This document shows positions 39,959-51,044 of a DNA stretch of 64,000 nt, one piece after another (the stretch's first letter is position 1; every line of letters starts with the position of its first letter). The stretch covers positions 96,900 to 160,899 of the forward strand of contig CAVTGK010000055.1 in the NCBI GenBank assembly GCA_963734095.1. Reading direction: 5' to 3'. The position numbers were made by a program, and so were the translations under genes. This DNA is from an uncultured Acidobacteriota bacterium (lineage in GTDB: Bacteria; Acidobacteriota; Vicinamibacteria; Vicinamibacterales; UBA2999). The notes beneath the pieces are model-generated. The model was not told the origin of the DNA. It worked only from the letters and a program-made list of their open reading frames with translations, and did no database searches.

Positions 39959-41241
39959 GCAAAGCAGTGGCTGTCATCAAAGAAGCTGCGCGGCTGGACA
40001 AAGCGGATGAGGGACCGGACAAGGTCTTTGATGTCCACAAGATCCGTGCCGACTTTCCGATTCTTTCGGAGCTCGTTCACGGCAAGCCGCTCGTCTACCT
40101 CGATAGCGCCAACACGAGCCAGAAGCCATCGTCTGTTCTCAGGGCGATGGAGGATTACTATCGACACGACAACGCCAACATTCACCGCGCGACGCATCTG
40201 TTGAGCGAGCGCGCGACCAAGGCCTACGAGGGGACACGATCGAAGGTCGCGCGTTTCATCAACGCCGCGGATGAGAAATCGATCGTCCTGACCACGGGGA
40301 CGACTGACGGCATCAATCTCGTGGCGCAAACGTACGGGCGAATGATCCTCGGCCCTGGCGACGAGGTCCTGCTGTCGTGGCTCGAGCACCATTCGAATAT
40401 CGTGCCCTGGCAGATCATCTGCGAGCAGACGGGCGCCACGTTGAAGGTGGCCCCGATCAACGAACGCGGGGAGATCGACCTCGACGCCTATCACTCGATG
40501 TTGTCCCGGCGAACGAAGATCGTGGCGATCGGGCACATCTCGAATGCGCTGGGCACGATTAACCCCGTGCGCGCCATCACCGAGGCAGCGCATGCGTACG
40601 GCGCGGCCGTCCTGATTGACGGCGCCCAGGCTGTGCCGCACCTGGTCGTGGACGTCACGGCGCTCGATTGCGACTTTTACGTGTTCTCGAGCCACAAGAT
40701 GTTTGGACCGACCGGCACCGGCATCCTGTACGGGCGCCGTGGGCTGCTCGAGGCGATGCCACCCTACCGCGGCGGCGGCGACATGATCGCGTCCGTGACG
40801 TTCGAAAAGACGACGTATAACGCCGTGCCCTACAAGTTCGAGGCCGGGACGCCCAACATTGCTGGCGTCGTTGGCTTGGGCGCCGCCGTCGATTATCTCG
40901 GCGCCATCGACCGCGCTGGGGCTCTCGCTCACGAGGATAGTGTCCTCGCCTATGGCACCGAACGGCTTCGCGAAGTCCCGGGGACGCGGTTGATCGGAGA
41001 AGCGCGCGAGAAGACCGGCGTAATGTCGTTCGTGATGGAAGGCGTTCACCCGCATGACGTCGGGACGATTCTCGACCGCGAGGGCATTGCGGTCCGCACC
41101 GGCCAGCACTGTGCGCAGCCAGTCATGGACCGCTTTGGTGTGCCGGCGACCGTTCGAGCGTCACTCGCGCTTTACAACACGAGAGAGGACGTGGACGCCC
41201 TCGTGACTTCGCTCCACCGCGTCCGACAGGTGTTCGGCTGA
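39955..41241 (+). CDS. sufS: Group II cysteine desulfurase
   Basis: YLDSANTSQKP, EHHSN, SHKMFGP and RTGQHCAQP. Confidence 0.95.
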   Translation: MSKAVAVIKEAARLDKADEGPDKVFDVHKIRADFPILSELVHGKPLVYLDSANTSQKPSSVLRAMEDYYRHDNANIHRATHLLSERATKAYEGTRSKVARFINAADEKSIVLTTGTTDGINLVAQTYGRMILGPGDEVLLSWLEHHSNIVPWQIICEQTGATLKVAPINERGEIDLDAYHSMLSRRTKIVAIGHISNALGTINPVRAITEAAHAYGAAVLIDGAQAVPHLVVDVTALDCDFYVFSSHKMFGPTGTGILYGRRGLLEAMPPYRGGGDMIASVTFEKTTYNAVPYKFEAGTPNIAGVVGLGAAVDYLGAIDRAGALAHEDSVLAYGTERLREVPGTRLIGEAREKTGVMSFVMEGVHPHDVGTILDREGIAVRTGQHCAQPVMDRFGVPATVRASLALYNTREDVDALVTSLHRVRQVFG

Positions 41242-41687
41242 TGTCGGAGCTGACGGATCTGTATCAGGAGGTCATCCTCGATCACAATCGACGCCCCCGA
41301 AACTTTCGTGCGATGGAAGGGGCCAGTCGTACACAGGAGGGTTACAACCCGCTGTGCGGCGATCGTTTGACGCTCTACGTCAGGCTGGATGGCGACCGGA
41401 TTGGCGATGTGTCGTTCCAAGGCACGGGCTGTGCGATTTCGAAGGCGTCGGCATCGCTGATGACGGACGCCGTGAAAGGAAAGACCGTCGAAGAAGCCCG
41501 CGCGATCTTCGATCGTTTTCACGAGATGGTGACGTCGTCGCCAGAGTCAGCGGTGCCGGAGATCGGTAAGCTGGCCGTGCTGGCGGGTGTGCGCGAGTTC
41601 CCTACGCGTGTGAAGTGCGCAAGTCTCGCATGGCATACGCTCAAGGCTGCCGTCGCTGGAGGCGAGGGGCCTGTCAGCACAGAATGA
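41241..41687 (+). CDS. sufU: SufU sulfur-transfer protein
   Basis: LYQEVILDH, NPLCGD, GCAIS and RVKCA. Confidence 0.93.
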   Translation: MSELTDLYQEVILDHNRRPRNFRAMEGASRTQEGYNPLCGDRLTLYVRLDGDRIGDVSFQGTGCAISKASASLMTDAVKGKTVEEARAIFDRFHEMVTSSPESAVPEIGKLAVLAGVREFPTRVKCASLAWHTLKAAVAGGEGPVSTE

Positions 41688-41760
41688 GTTACAAGTTACA
41701 AGTTACAAGTTCAAAGTGCGTCGTGAACCGTTTGTAACTCGTAACTTGTAACTGTAACTA
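41688..41760. repeat. Inverted heptamer arrays (GTTACAA)n...(TTGTAAC)n
   Basis: Same family as 36171-36253. Confidence 0.9.
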
Positions 41761-41776
41761 ACCCGATCAATCCTCC

Positions 41777-42187
41777 ATGTCCGACTACATTCCAGTGCAG
41801 AACATCTCAAACCGTCCAGAAGACAGCCCGGCCAACGAGCTGAGTCAGTCGATCGACGATATCGTGCCCGATCCGGTCAAGATGGCTGACCTCAGACCAC
41901 AAGTGCTCGAGGTGCTGAGCACCGTCTTCGATCCCGAGATCCCTGTCAACATTCGCGAGCTGGGGCTCATCTATGACGTCCTGGTCGACAAAGATGGTCG
42001 TGTCGGCGTGCGCATGACGTTGACCGCGCCAGCGTGTCCGGCAGCGCAGAGCCTGCCGGTGGAAGTGCAGCAAAAGGCGGCCGGTGTTCCCGGCGTCTCC
42101 GAGGCCAAGGTGGAAATCGTGTGGGATCCGCCGTGGGGCAAGGAGATGATGTCAGAGGCAGCGAAATTGCAGCTTGGACTCTGGTAG
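41777..42187 (+). CDS. sufT: DUF59/SufT Fe-S maturation protein
   Basis: DPEIPVNI.ELGLIY, MTLTAPACP and WDPPW. Confidence 0.9.
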   Translation: MSDYIPVQNISNRPEDSPANELSQSIDDIVPDPVKMADLRPQVLEVLSTVFDPEIPVNIRELGLIYDVLVDKDGRVGVRMTLTAPACPAAQSLPVEVQQKAAGVPGVSEAKVEIVWDPPWGKEMMSEAAKLQLGLW

Positions 42188-42275
42188 CCGGCCGCGGCGC
42201 ACGGCTGGGCGTCCAAACCAGAGTTGCGCACGAGTTTCCGCAGACAAGTGCGGTCGGGGTCCGGGGGCACAACTT

Positions 42276-42768
42276 ATGACAGCGGTCACGGCGGCGGTTC
42301 TGTTGGTCATGCTTGCGATGCCGTTCCAGGCGCAAGCCCAACAGTCGCCAGCCGATCCGGCGAAGACCGCCCGCGGCGCCCGTGGATCCCTCGAAGATGG
42401 GCGTGTCGCTCGACCGCATTCGTCGCGAGCTGGGGGAGGCCGAAGTGCGGGAACAGCGCGGCGACGCCCCGTTGAGACTCGAATTTCGTGTCGAGGTGTA
42501 CGGCACGGCCCCGAAAATCGACCTCCTCAAAGACTATCCGCTCGTCGGCCCGTCGCCGTATGGTGCGCCGACACACCGCGAAGTAATCGACTTCCTGACC
42601 CCTGAAGAGTTCCGTTCGCCACCCATTCCGTTTTCGAACCTGGCCGTGTGGGCGGCCCAGCAGCTGTGGAATCGCAGCAAGAAGCAGCGATGCGAAGCGG
42701 AGCTGGAGGAATACAAGCAGTTGGTGATGCAGGGCGTCAGCGTCGCGGCGCCGCGTTGCGCGCACTAG
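42276..42768 (+). CDS. Hypothetical exported protein (frameshifted)
   Basis: Signal peptide in one frame and a globular segment in ORF 42313. Confidence 0.5.
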
Positions 42769-42824
42769 AAATCTTGAAGGCCCAAAATTTAGCCCCCGCC
42801 CACGGGCTGTCATAGTCTTTCTTG

Positions 42825-43441
42825 ATGCACATTCTGGCCGTGGCGGCCACCGAGGCGGAGATTCCGCGCCTGACGACCGGGCGCCACGGCACCAATCATC
42901 TCGACGTGCTCATCACTGGCGTGGGCATGGTCGCGACCGCGGCCCACACCGCCCGTGCGCTGACGGCGAGGCGCTACGACTTGCCTTCAACTTTGGCGTG
43001 TGCGGGAGCTTCGACCCAGCAATGGCTCTGGGACCGTTGTACACGTGACGGCCGACCGACTCTCGGAGTTGGGCGCCGAAGACGGTGACCATTTCGTCCC
43101 GTTCGAAGTGCTTGGTCTGGACGGGACGACGGTCATCGTCAACGACGCCGCTCCCAAAAATGTGGCACTGTGCGAACTGCCGTCCGTCATCGGGATCACG
43201 GTGAACACGGTCCATGGGCACGAGCCGACGATCGCCGCGGTGAGAGATCGCCTTCGGCCTCACGTGGAAAGTATGGAGGGTGCGGCGTTTGCCTACGCCT
43301 GTTCGTTGAGTGGGGTGCCATACGCTCAAGTTCGCGCCATCTCGAACATGGTCGAACGGCGCAATCGCAAGGCTTGGCGAATGGACCTTGCCATTCATAA
43401 CCTCAACGACGATTGCGCTTCGCATCATCGAGCACGTATGA
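42825..43441 (+). CDS. mqnB: Futalosine hydrolase (frameshifted)
   Basis: TGVG, TVNTVHG, ESMEGAA, RAISN.VE.R and W..DLA; adjacent to mqnD. Confidence 0.85.
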
Positions 43442-44310
43442 CGCTCTCACTCGGCTTCTCGCCGTGTCCCAATGACTGCTTCATATTCGATGCGATCGTC
43501 CATCACCGCATCGACCTCGAGGGGCTGGAGTTCCGCGTCGTTTTGGACGATGTGGAGACGCTCAACCGTCGTGCCTTCAGCGGCGACATCGACGTCACGA
43601 AGCTCAGTTTTCACGCCTTCGCTCATTGTGCCGACCAGTTCGTGCTGCTCGACGCTGGCAGCGCACTCGGGCGAGGCTGCGGTCCGCTCCTGATCTCAAA
43701 GCGCGAAATCTCTCGGCACGAGGTGGCCGCCGGCCGATTACGAATCGCAATCCCTGGCATTTACACGACCGCCAACTTCCTGTTGCAGGTGGCGTTTCCC
43801 GCCGCCAGCAATCGTACGGAGCTGGTGTTCTCCGAGATTGAAGCCGCAGTGCTCGACGGGAGGTTCGATGCCGGACTCATCATTCACGAGAATCGGTTTA
43901 CCTACGAGGCCAAAGGCCTGCGTAAGATCGTGGACCTCGGCGAGTTCTGGGAAGAAACCACCGGCGCCCCCATCCCTCTCGGTGGCATCGCCATCAGACG
44001 GTCGCTGCCACGCGAGGTTCAGCACACGATGAATCGAGTGATGCGGCGAAGCGTGGAGTATGCGTTCGCGCACCCCGAGGCGAGCCGCGCGTTCGTCCGC
44101 GATCACGCCCAGGAGATGAGCGAGGACGTGATGCGGCGGCAAATCGAGCTCTACGTCAACGACTACTCGATTGACCTGGGCCGGGAGGGGCGCCGGGCAG
44201 TCGAGTTGCTGTTCGCTCGCGCCGCGGCAACAGGTGTCATCACGTCGTCGCCGCAGGTGTTTCTCGACGGGCTGGAGACCAGCCGGCAAAGATCCGATGC
44301 AGGGCGCTGA
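43438..44310 (+). CDS. mqnD: 1,4-dihydroxy-6-naphthoate synthase
   Basis: SPCPND, DVETLN, GSALGRGCGP, IHENRFTY, PIPLG and LYVN. Confidence 0.93.
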   Translation: MTLSLGFSPCPNDCFIFDAIVHHRIDLEGLEFRVVLDDVETLNRRAFSGDIDVTKLSFHAFAHCADQFVLLDAGSALGRGCGPLLISKREISRHEVAAGRLRIAIPGIYTTANFLLQVAFPAASNRTELVFSEIEAAVLDGRFDAGLIIHENRFTYEAKGLRKIVDLGEFWEETTGAPIPLGGIAIRRSLPREVQHTMNRVMRRSVEYAFAHPEASRAFVRDHAQEMSEDVMRRQIELYVNDYSIDLGREGRRAVELLFARAAATGVITSSPQVFLDGLETSRQRSDAGR

Positions 44311-45049
44311 TGCCTTCGGTCAACGCCGCCGGGCCCGGCTGCAGGATATAGGTGGATTTGACCTCGTAGATGTGACGGTATCGAACCGCCGGAATGACAT
44401 CCCAGCCGGGCCTTGCGACGATCCGTTCCTTGCGCACCGGCTTGCCGCACCACGAACCGACGATCACGTCCGGTGCCGCAGCGATCACGGCATCGCTCGT
44501 GACCACACGATCTTTTGCCAGTCGTGCCTGCCGTAGCTGTGGGAAGACGGGATCGCCACCAGCGATTTCGATCAGCTCTTCGACCCATTGGATGCCCGAG
44601 ATGAGCGGGTTGTCCCACTCTTCGAAGAAGACTCGCGGTCGTCGTGCGAAGGTGTCCGCGGTCCTGCGGATCGCGTCGAGGCCCGCTTGGAGCTCGTTCG
44701 CCAGCGCGTCGGCCTTGCCCGAGACGCCAACGATTGCGCCCAGCACGCGAATCATTTGAAAGATTTCGCCGACGCTCCGCTGGTTGAACGTGAACACCGC
44801 GTAGCCACGCCGGACCAGCTCGTTGGTGATTTCCGCCTGGAGATCGGAAAACGCCAGGATCAGGTCCGGCTCGAGGGCTTCGATCTTCTCGTAGCGCGCG
44901 TGAAGAAACGACGACACCTTGGGCTTCTGGCGCGCCTCGGGCGGGCGGACCGTGTAGCCCGAGATCCCGACCACCCGGTCGCCCTCACCAAGCAGGTACA
45001 GCGTCTCGGTCGTCTCTTCCGTCAGGCAGACGATTCGTTGTGGATACAT
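44240..45049 (-). CDS. Cytoplasmic BtuF-like cobalamin-binding protein (no signal peptide seen)
   Basis: RIVCLTEETTE, FEEW..P.I, SWCGK and ILQPGP. Confidence 0.8.
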   Translation of the reverse strand: MYPQRIVCLTEETTETLYLLGEGDRVVGISGYTVRPPEARQKPKVSSFLHARYEKIEALEPDLILAFSDLQAEITNELVRRGYAVFTFNQRSVGEIFQMIRVLGAIVGVSGKADALANELQAGLDAIRRTADTFARRPRVFFEEWDNPLISGIQWVEELIEIAGGDPVFPQLRQARLAKDRVVTSDAVIAAAPDVIVGSWCGKPVRKERIVARPGWDVIPAVRYRHIYEVKSTYILQPGPAALTEGISALHRIFAGWSPARRETPAATT

Positions 45050-45064
45050 TGCTCTAACGTACGG

Positions 45065-45252
45065 GCCTCAGAGACACAGAGACTCAGAGACACGGTGGTA
45101 AACGATAGCCACGAAGGGCACGAAGGCACGAAGTCACTGAGAATCAAGGTACACTTCCGCCTTCAGGCGGAAGATCGATCTCTTCGTGTTCTTCGTGGCT
45201 ACATTTTGTGGCGATGTTTTCTCATCTCTGTGTCTCTCTGAGTCTCTGAGGC
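45065..45252. repeat. Nested palindrome: 8-mer arrays, then 9-mer arrays, then REP core
   Basis: (CAGAGACA)n..(CACGAAGG)n..CTTCCGCCTTCAGGCGGAAG..(CTTCGTG)n..(TCTCTG)n. Confidence 0.88.
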
Positions 45253-45922
45253 GTGTTTGTTGGTCCCACTGAATGTCCGCAAACACAAACCCATCGCGAC
45301 TCACGACTTCCCCCACCGCGACGGCGATCGGATGGCGGAACATCGGGCCGTCCCAGACGAACGAGTGAAACTCGCCGTTCTCGCCACACGGGTCGACCGT
45401 GGCCGGCAGATCCGCGAGCAGCGACGTGTCGAAGGCGCGGCCGGCGAACGTCGGATCGAGCTTGCGGGGATCGACGCAGGTCAGGTAGGCCCGCAAGCCG
45501 CCCGTGATCATCTCGCGCGCCAGAGTGGACGTCGGCGTGGTCTTCCAGAGCGGAAAAAGCGGGATCAGGCCGGTGCCTGCGAGCCGGTCCTCGCGATAGC
45601 GCCGAACGTCTTCGAGAAAGAGGTCGCCAAAGGCGACATGGGTGAAACCGTCGCGAACGAAGCCGGCAACGGCCGCACCCATGCGCGCTTCGTAGTCGGC
45701 ATTCGAGCACGGCCATGGAATGTAGACGAGGTGAAGAGGCAATCCAGCGGCAACGGCTTGTGCCTCGAGCAGCTCGCGCCGCACCGCGTGCATCGCGACC
45801 CGGTCGAACGCCTCGTTGACGGTCGTGAGTAGTCCAGTAACCGCGTCAGGATGACGCTGCTGCAGCGTGTGGAGCATCCAGGCCGAGTCCTTGCCCGACG
45901 ACCAGCTCACGAGGATCTTCAT
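45134..45922 (-). CDS. Dph6/DUF71-like ATP pyrophosphatase (tail runs into the repeat)
   Basis: SWSSGKDS, FGDLFL, FPLW and DPCGENGEFH. Confidence 0.88.
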   Translation of the reverse strand: MKILVSWSSGKDSAWMLHTLQQRHPDAVTGLLTTVNEAFDRVAMHAVRRELLEAQAVAAGLPLHLVYIPWPCSNADYEARMGAAVAGFVRDGFTHVAFGDLFLEDVRRYREDRLAGTGLIPLFPLWKTTPTSTLAREMITGGLRAYLTCVDPRKLDPTFAGRAFDTSLLADLPATVDPCGENGEFHSFVWDGPMFRHPIAVAVGEVVSRDGFVFADIQWDQQTRLRDSERHRDEKTSPQNVATKNTKRSIFRLKAEVYLDSQ

Positions 45923-46819
45923 CGCGCCGGGTGCAGCACGGCTGCCATGCGCTCGGCGCCTTCGGCGACGCGCGGGCCAGGAACGACCAGCGATTTACCG
46001 GTGAGCACGTAGATTCGATTGGTCCGAACCGCTGGCAGACTTGCCAGCGCGCTTCCACGAGTCGATCTCGTAGCTCTGTCCGGCCGGCTGGTCCATCGAG
46101 TGCAACTCGAGGATCACCGCCGGCGCCCGGGTCAGAATCATCTCCGTGGAGGCCTCCACGGACTCGGCCTGCACATCCGCGAACACGTTGACGCCGCCCG
46201 CCGCTTCGAGCATGTCGTGGAGGAAGCCGCGTCCGCCGCTGGCGTAGATGCTTCGGAGCGAGCCACTTTCTCGACCGAAAACCAGCAGCGTGCGGGGCTT
46301 CTCGAGCTTCGCCGTTCGTTGCCGCAGCGCCGACAACCGCGATTCGATCGAGGTGGTCAGCGCGTTTGCCTGTGTCGCGTGACCGAGACGCTGGCCCAAC
46401 CGGCGAATGGTCTCCGTGACGCCGCTCAGCCCACTGTGTCGATACTCGAAGTATGGAATCGACGCGCGCGTCAGCTGCGTCATCAGGTCGGCCTGGCTGC
46501 CATAGAGCAGCACCAGGTCCGGACGAAGCGTGATGATGCGCTCCACATCCGGATCGATGAGGGCCCCGACCTTTGGCAGGGAGCGCACTTGTGGAGGGTC
46601 CTCGTCGTAGCTGCTGACGGCGACGACCCTGTCGCCCGCGCCGATGGCAAACACCATCTCGGTGAGGGCGGGAACGAGCGAGATGACGCGGGTCGGCGTC
46701 GGCTGAGCGGCGCCGGTTACGAGCAGTGCGAAAACGAGCGAGGTGCCGCGACGACCGCGGCGCCTGAGCAGACCAGCACGTCGACCGGCTGGACCGTGGA
46801 CCGTGGACCGTGCCTTCAC
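45919..46819 (-). CDS. btuF: Periplasmic cobalamin-binding protein (frameshifted)
   Basis: RVISLVPALTEMVFAIG, PDVERI..LRPDLV and AGG.NVF. Confidence 0.8.
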
Positions 46820-47863
46820 GGCTTCCTCACCAGCAGCCACAAAAAGAACGGGCCGCCAATGATGGCTGTCACGATGCCGACAGGAAGCTCGATGGGCGAC
46901 ATGACCGTGCGGGCAATCAGGTCGCAGATGACGAGGAACGCCGCGCCGAAGAACGTCGCTGCGGGCAGGACGATGCGATGGTCCGACCCCACGAGCAGCC
47001 GCACCAGGTGCGGCACGACGATACCGATGAATCCAATCGGCCCCGCGAGCGAGACAGCGGCGCCGGTCGCCAACGATGCGCTGAGAAACGCAATCCGCTG
47101 AGCCCGCACCACGTCGACACCTCGTGACCCCGCCACGTCCTCGCCGAGCGTCAGGAGATTCAGCGTGCGCGGCAGCATCGCGAACAGCACGAGCGACAGT
47201 CCGATCAGTGGTGTGGCGGCGAGAATCGGGTTGAAGCTGCTGACATCGAGATTGCCGAGCAGCCACCGAGCCGTGCGATACCAGTCGGCGGCATCCACGA
47301 GATACTGAACGAACGTGATCAGCGCCGAGAACAGCGTGTTCAGCGTGACGCCGGCGAGCAACAACACGTTGGTCGAAAGCCCACCGCTCATACGCGTTGC
47401 CAGAAAATAGACGAGCGCCGTACCGATGCATCGCGCCGCTGAAGCACATCACCGGTATTGCAGTGGCGCCGAGCGCCGTGAGATCGAGATGGAGTGCGAT
47501 CGCGCTCATCGCGCCTAGTGCGGCAGCCGCCGACACGCCGAGCGTGAAGGGCGTGGCAAGAGGGTTTCGCAGCAGCGCTTGCATCACGACGCCCGCAGCC
47601 GCGAGCGTGGATCCCACCAGGGCGCCCGCGAGCACGCGGGGAAGCCTGGCCACGAAGAAGATCTGGGCGTCGATGTTGTCGGCCCACGGGATCGATGGAT
47701 CAAAGGCTCGCCGCAGGCTGATGGGGGTGCTCCCTAGCGTCGGGGCGACGACCAGCACGAGTGCCGCGATGAGTCCGAACGCGGGAACGATGACGGCCAG
47801 TCGTCGCCGGACGGTTCGCGGGTCTGGGAGCGGTGCCGCCAGCGATCCGACCCTCGTGCTCAT
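46816..47863 (-). CDS. btuC: FecCD/BtuC permease (frameshift near 47420)
   Basis: RLPR, Q...RNPLA.P..LGV, GPIGFIG.VVPH and ELPVG. Confidence 0.88.
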
Positions 47864-48712
47864 TGTGCCGATCCACCGTGACCGGCGATCGGCGACCCGC
47901 GACCAGAGGCCGGCGACAGCCGATTGACGGGCACCACGACCAGATGACCGGTTGGCACGTGAGTCTGCACGTCGGCTTCGACGTCGTACAACTGCCGAAT
48001 GTTGTCCGACGTCAGGACTTCGGCGGTCGGTCCACTGGCGATGACACGTCCAGCGCGCAACATCACGATTTCCTGACAGATTGCCGCCGCCAGATTCAAG
48101 TCGTGCGTGGAGACGACGATCGTCACGCCTCGATCGCGATTGAGACGCGTGACGAGCGCCGCGACCTCGAGCTGATAGCCCAGATCGAGCGAGGCCGTCG
48201 GTTCGTCGAGCAGCAGAATCTCGGAGGATTGGGCCAGCGCCGAGGCGATGACCACGCGCTGCTTCTCGCCGCCGCTGAGTGTGCTGAATCGGCGATCTTC
48301 GAGGGCTGACGTGCCCGTGGCGCGGAGTCCATCGCGAGCGATCGCGAAGTCTTCGGGCCCCTCGAGCTCGAACAGCCCCAGATGTGGATGCCTGCCCATC
48401 AAGACCATCTCCAGCACGGTGTACTCAAAGGCCAGCTGCGTCTCTTGCGGCACGACTGCCAGACGTTGTGCGACGGCGCGTCGGGTCAAGTGGGGCAGTG
48501 GCGTTCCGTCGAGCCACACCTGCCCGGCAGTCGGCCGTCGAGTGCCGCTCAACAAGCGGAGGAGCGTCGTCTTGCCGGAGCCGTTGGGCCCGATGATGCC
48601 GACCACGGCGCCCCGACGGATTTCGAAGCTGACATGGTCGAGTACCTGGAGCGGGGCCGGCTGACGCCGGCCCCTTCAGATATCCGAACGAAACGTCATC
48701 GACGCGCAGCAA
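47860..48712 (-). CDS. btuD: ABC ATPase (frameshift near 5' end)
   Basis: GPNGSGKT, LSGGEKQR, LDEPT and HDLN. Confidence 0.88.
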
Positions 48713-50984
48713 TACGGACCCCGGCAAACGCCGTCCGGCCAGGCGACGGGTACCCCAACACCTCTTCGTAGTCTTTATCGAACAGGTTGAGGACGCGAGC
48801 GAAGACTTCGAGTCCCCTGACCAGCGTGTAACCACCACCCAGGTCCACCAGCGTCCGACCGGGATTCTCGTAAAGTCCGCCGCTTGGACCGAATGCCGGT
48901 TCGGCATCGAGCGTTTCGCCGCGTGCGTTCAGAGCCGCGAACACCGTCGCGCGACCCATCGTCCAGTCGAGAACCACCGACCCCTGATGCGTGGGCCGTC
49001 GCAGCAGGCGGTCGCCGACTTGGTACGGCGAGGGCGCTTGAGCGAGTCCGTCAACGGCACGAATCTCCGTGTCGAGGAAGGTGTAGGTGGCCTTCACGCC
49101 CAGGCCACTCGTCGCCTGCCAGGCGGCTGACGTCTCCAGCCCGCGTGCGCGGGCGTTGGAGATGTTGTCCGAGCTGAAGCTGCTGACATCACGCAACGAG
49201 CCAACGGTCACGATCAGGTCGTCGTACTGATTGAAGAACGCGGTGGCATCGAGATAAATCGCGCCACCGGCGAATGCCTGCGTCACGCCAAGCTCGAGAC
49301 TTCGACTGCGTTCCGGCTTCAGATCGGGATTGTTGGTGAACGCAATCTCAAACGCATCGGGCGGCCGAATCCCTGTGCCGCCAGCGGCGTGCACGCGGGT
49401 CCAGGCGTTGGCACTCTGGCCTGGACCGCCCGGGCTCAGCAGCCATGAGACCGACACCTTGGGATTCACGGAAACGACGGAGTCATCCTCGAAGGTGGGG
49501 CGCGGTGGGAACCCTGAAGGCTCACTTCCCAGCGCCTTGCGAGTGATGTACTCGGCGCGCAGCCCGGCCTGGATCGCGACGCGATCGTGGACCGCCCAGC
49601 GCGCTTCTCCGAACGTGCCGAAGACTCGCCGGTCGATGGGAACCTCGTTGCCATCCGACGTAATGAACGTGCTGCGGCCGCGTTCGGAGACCCACTCGAT
49701 TCCGCCTGACAGACCCAGGGCAGCGTTGACAACGCCGTCCGTTTGCACTCGCGTGTGGACGCGACGCGTGTCGGATTCGGATGGTCCGAACTCGTTGACG
49801 AACCGCAAATCGTAGTCGGCGACGTCGAATTCGACGCGTTGCCGGATGCGGCTCGACGGGCCGGTCCATGGATGAAGCACTCGCACTCCGACCGCGTTCC
49901 GTTCGGTAAAGCCACGCGCAATCCGATTGACGCCGGTAAAACGGTTCGCGGGATCCGATCCGTACGGCCCTGGCGCGCCGCGCTCGGTGTCGACGTACCG
50001 GAACGTTCCTTGAACGTCGGTGCCTCGTTCGCCGCGCCAGCCGCCACCGACCCAGGCCTGTTGCTCCTCGGCATCATCGTTCGAAACCGTTTCGCCGCTC
50101 GCCGGCGCAGTGCCGGTGTAGCCATCGTCCGCGAAATAGTCGCCGCCGCCCTGCCAGCGCCATCCGTTGCGCTCGCCGGTGGTCGATCCGACGAAGCGTC
50201 GAGTCGCGCGGCTGCCGCCCTCGATGCGCGCGCTCGCCGTCGGGCTGCCGCCGTTGCGTGTGATCACTTGCACGACTCCGCCGATGGCATCGGCGCCATG
50301 AATCGCACTTTGCGGCCCGCGCACGACCTCGATGCGATCGACGTCCGCGAGCGGCACCTGCGACAAGTCGAGGCCGCCGCCAAACGAGTTGGCTCGGATT
50401 CCGTCGATGAGGACCAGCGTGAAGTCCGACTCGCCTCCACGAGGGAACAACGAGGTGAGCGTCCCGGGGCCGCCGCTGCGTACGACAGTGAAACCGGGGA
50501 CGGTGCTGAGCGCATCACCAAGGGAGGTGATCTGGCGCGACTCCAACTCTCGTCCGCTAATCACCGTCACGCTGTCGGCCGTGCGCGACAGCGGCTGATC
50601 GATCTGCGACGCTGACACCACCAGGGTTTCGCTGATCGCGCTGACGCGCATCGTGATGTTGACGGTTGCCGGCTTGTCGCTGATGGTGACGCCGCGCGCT
50701 TCTCCAAGAAGACCGGGGGCCGAGGCGGTGAAGTCGTATTGCCCGGAGGCAAGCGATTCGACGACGAAGTGGCCGGACTCGTTCGACTGCGACGATACCG
50801 TGCCGGTCGTCGCACCGACCACCAGCACCGTCGCGTTGGCCACGGGTCGTCCCTGCGGATCGTTGACACGTCCTTCCACGCGTGTTTGCGCGGCGAGCGG
50901 TGCACTGCCCGCCAGCATGGCACTGACGATGATGAGGTGAAGGGAACAGGCGCGAGCGCGCGCCCAGAGGGCTGCTGTGGTCAT
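48696..50984 (-). CDS. btuB: TonB-dependent cobalamin receptor
   Basis: Plug (RGG....LVLIDG, RIEVVRGPQS) and barrel; lies downstream of a B12 riboswitch. Confidence 0.85.
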   Translation of the reverse strand: MTTAALWARARACSLHLIIVSAMLAGSAPLAAQTRVEGRVNDPQGRPVANATVLVVGATTGTVSSQSNESGHFVVESLASGQYDFTASAPGLLGEARGVTISDKPATVNITMRVSAISETLVVSASQIDQPLSRTADSVTVISGRELESRQITSLGDALSTVPGFTVVRSGGPGTLTSLFPRGGESDFTLVLIDGIRANSFGGGLDLSQVPLADVDRIEVVRGPQSAIHGADAIGGVVQVITRNGGSPTASARIEGGSRATRRFVGSTTGERNGWRWQGGGDYFADDGYTGTAPASGETVSNDDAEEQQAWVGGGWRGERGTDVQGTFRYVDTERGAPGPYGSDPANRFTGVNRIARGFTERNAVGVRVLHPWTGPSSRIRQRVEFDVADYDLRFVNEFGPSESDTRRVHTRVQTDGVVNAALGLSGGIEWVSERGRSTFITSDGNEVPIDRRVFGTFGEARWAVHDRVAIQAGLRAEYITRKALGSEPSGFPPRPTFEDDSVVSVNPKVSVSWLLSPGGPGQSANAWTRVHAAGGTGIRPPDAFEIAFTNNPDLKPERSRSLELGVTQAFAGGAIYLDATAFFNQYDDLIVTVGSLRDVSSFSSDNISNARARGLETSAAWQATSGLGVKATYTFLDTEIRAVDGLAQAPSPYQVGDRLLRRPTHQGSVVLDWTMGRATVFAALNARGETLDAEPAFGPSGGLYENPGRTLVDLGGGYTLVRGLEVFARVLNLFDKDYEEVLGYPSPGRTAFAGVRIAARR

Positions 50985-51044
50985 AGGTCCTCCCCGGCGT
51001 CATTCGCGCCGGTCGTCGCCCGTGGCGACGGTTGGGACGTCCCA

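Noticed and set aside
43000-44310. Apparent MqnB-MqnD fusion
   Set aside because: GTATGA overlap at 43436-43441 and other frameshifts in mqnB indicate an error-derived join.
45995-47863. 622-aa BtuC-BtuF fusion ORF
   Set aside because: The middle is out-of-frame nonsense; the true BtuC C-terminus is in ORF 46816..47391.
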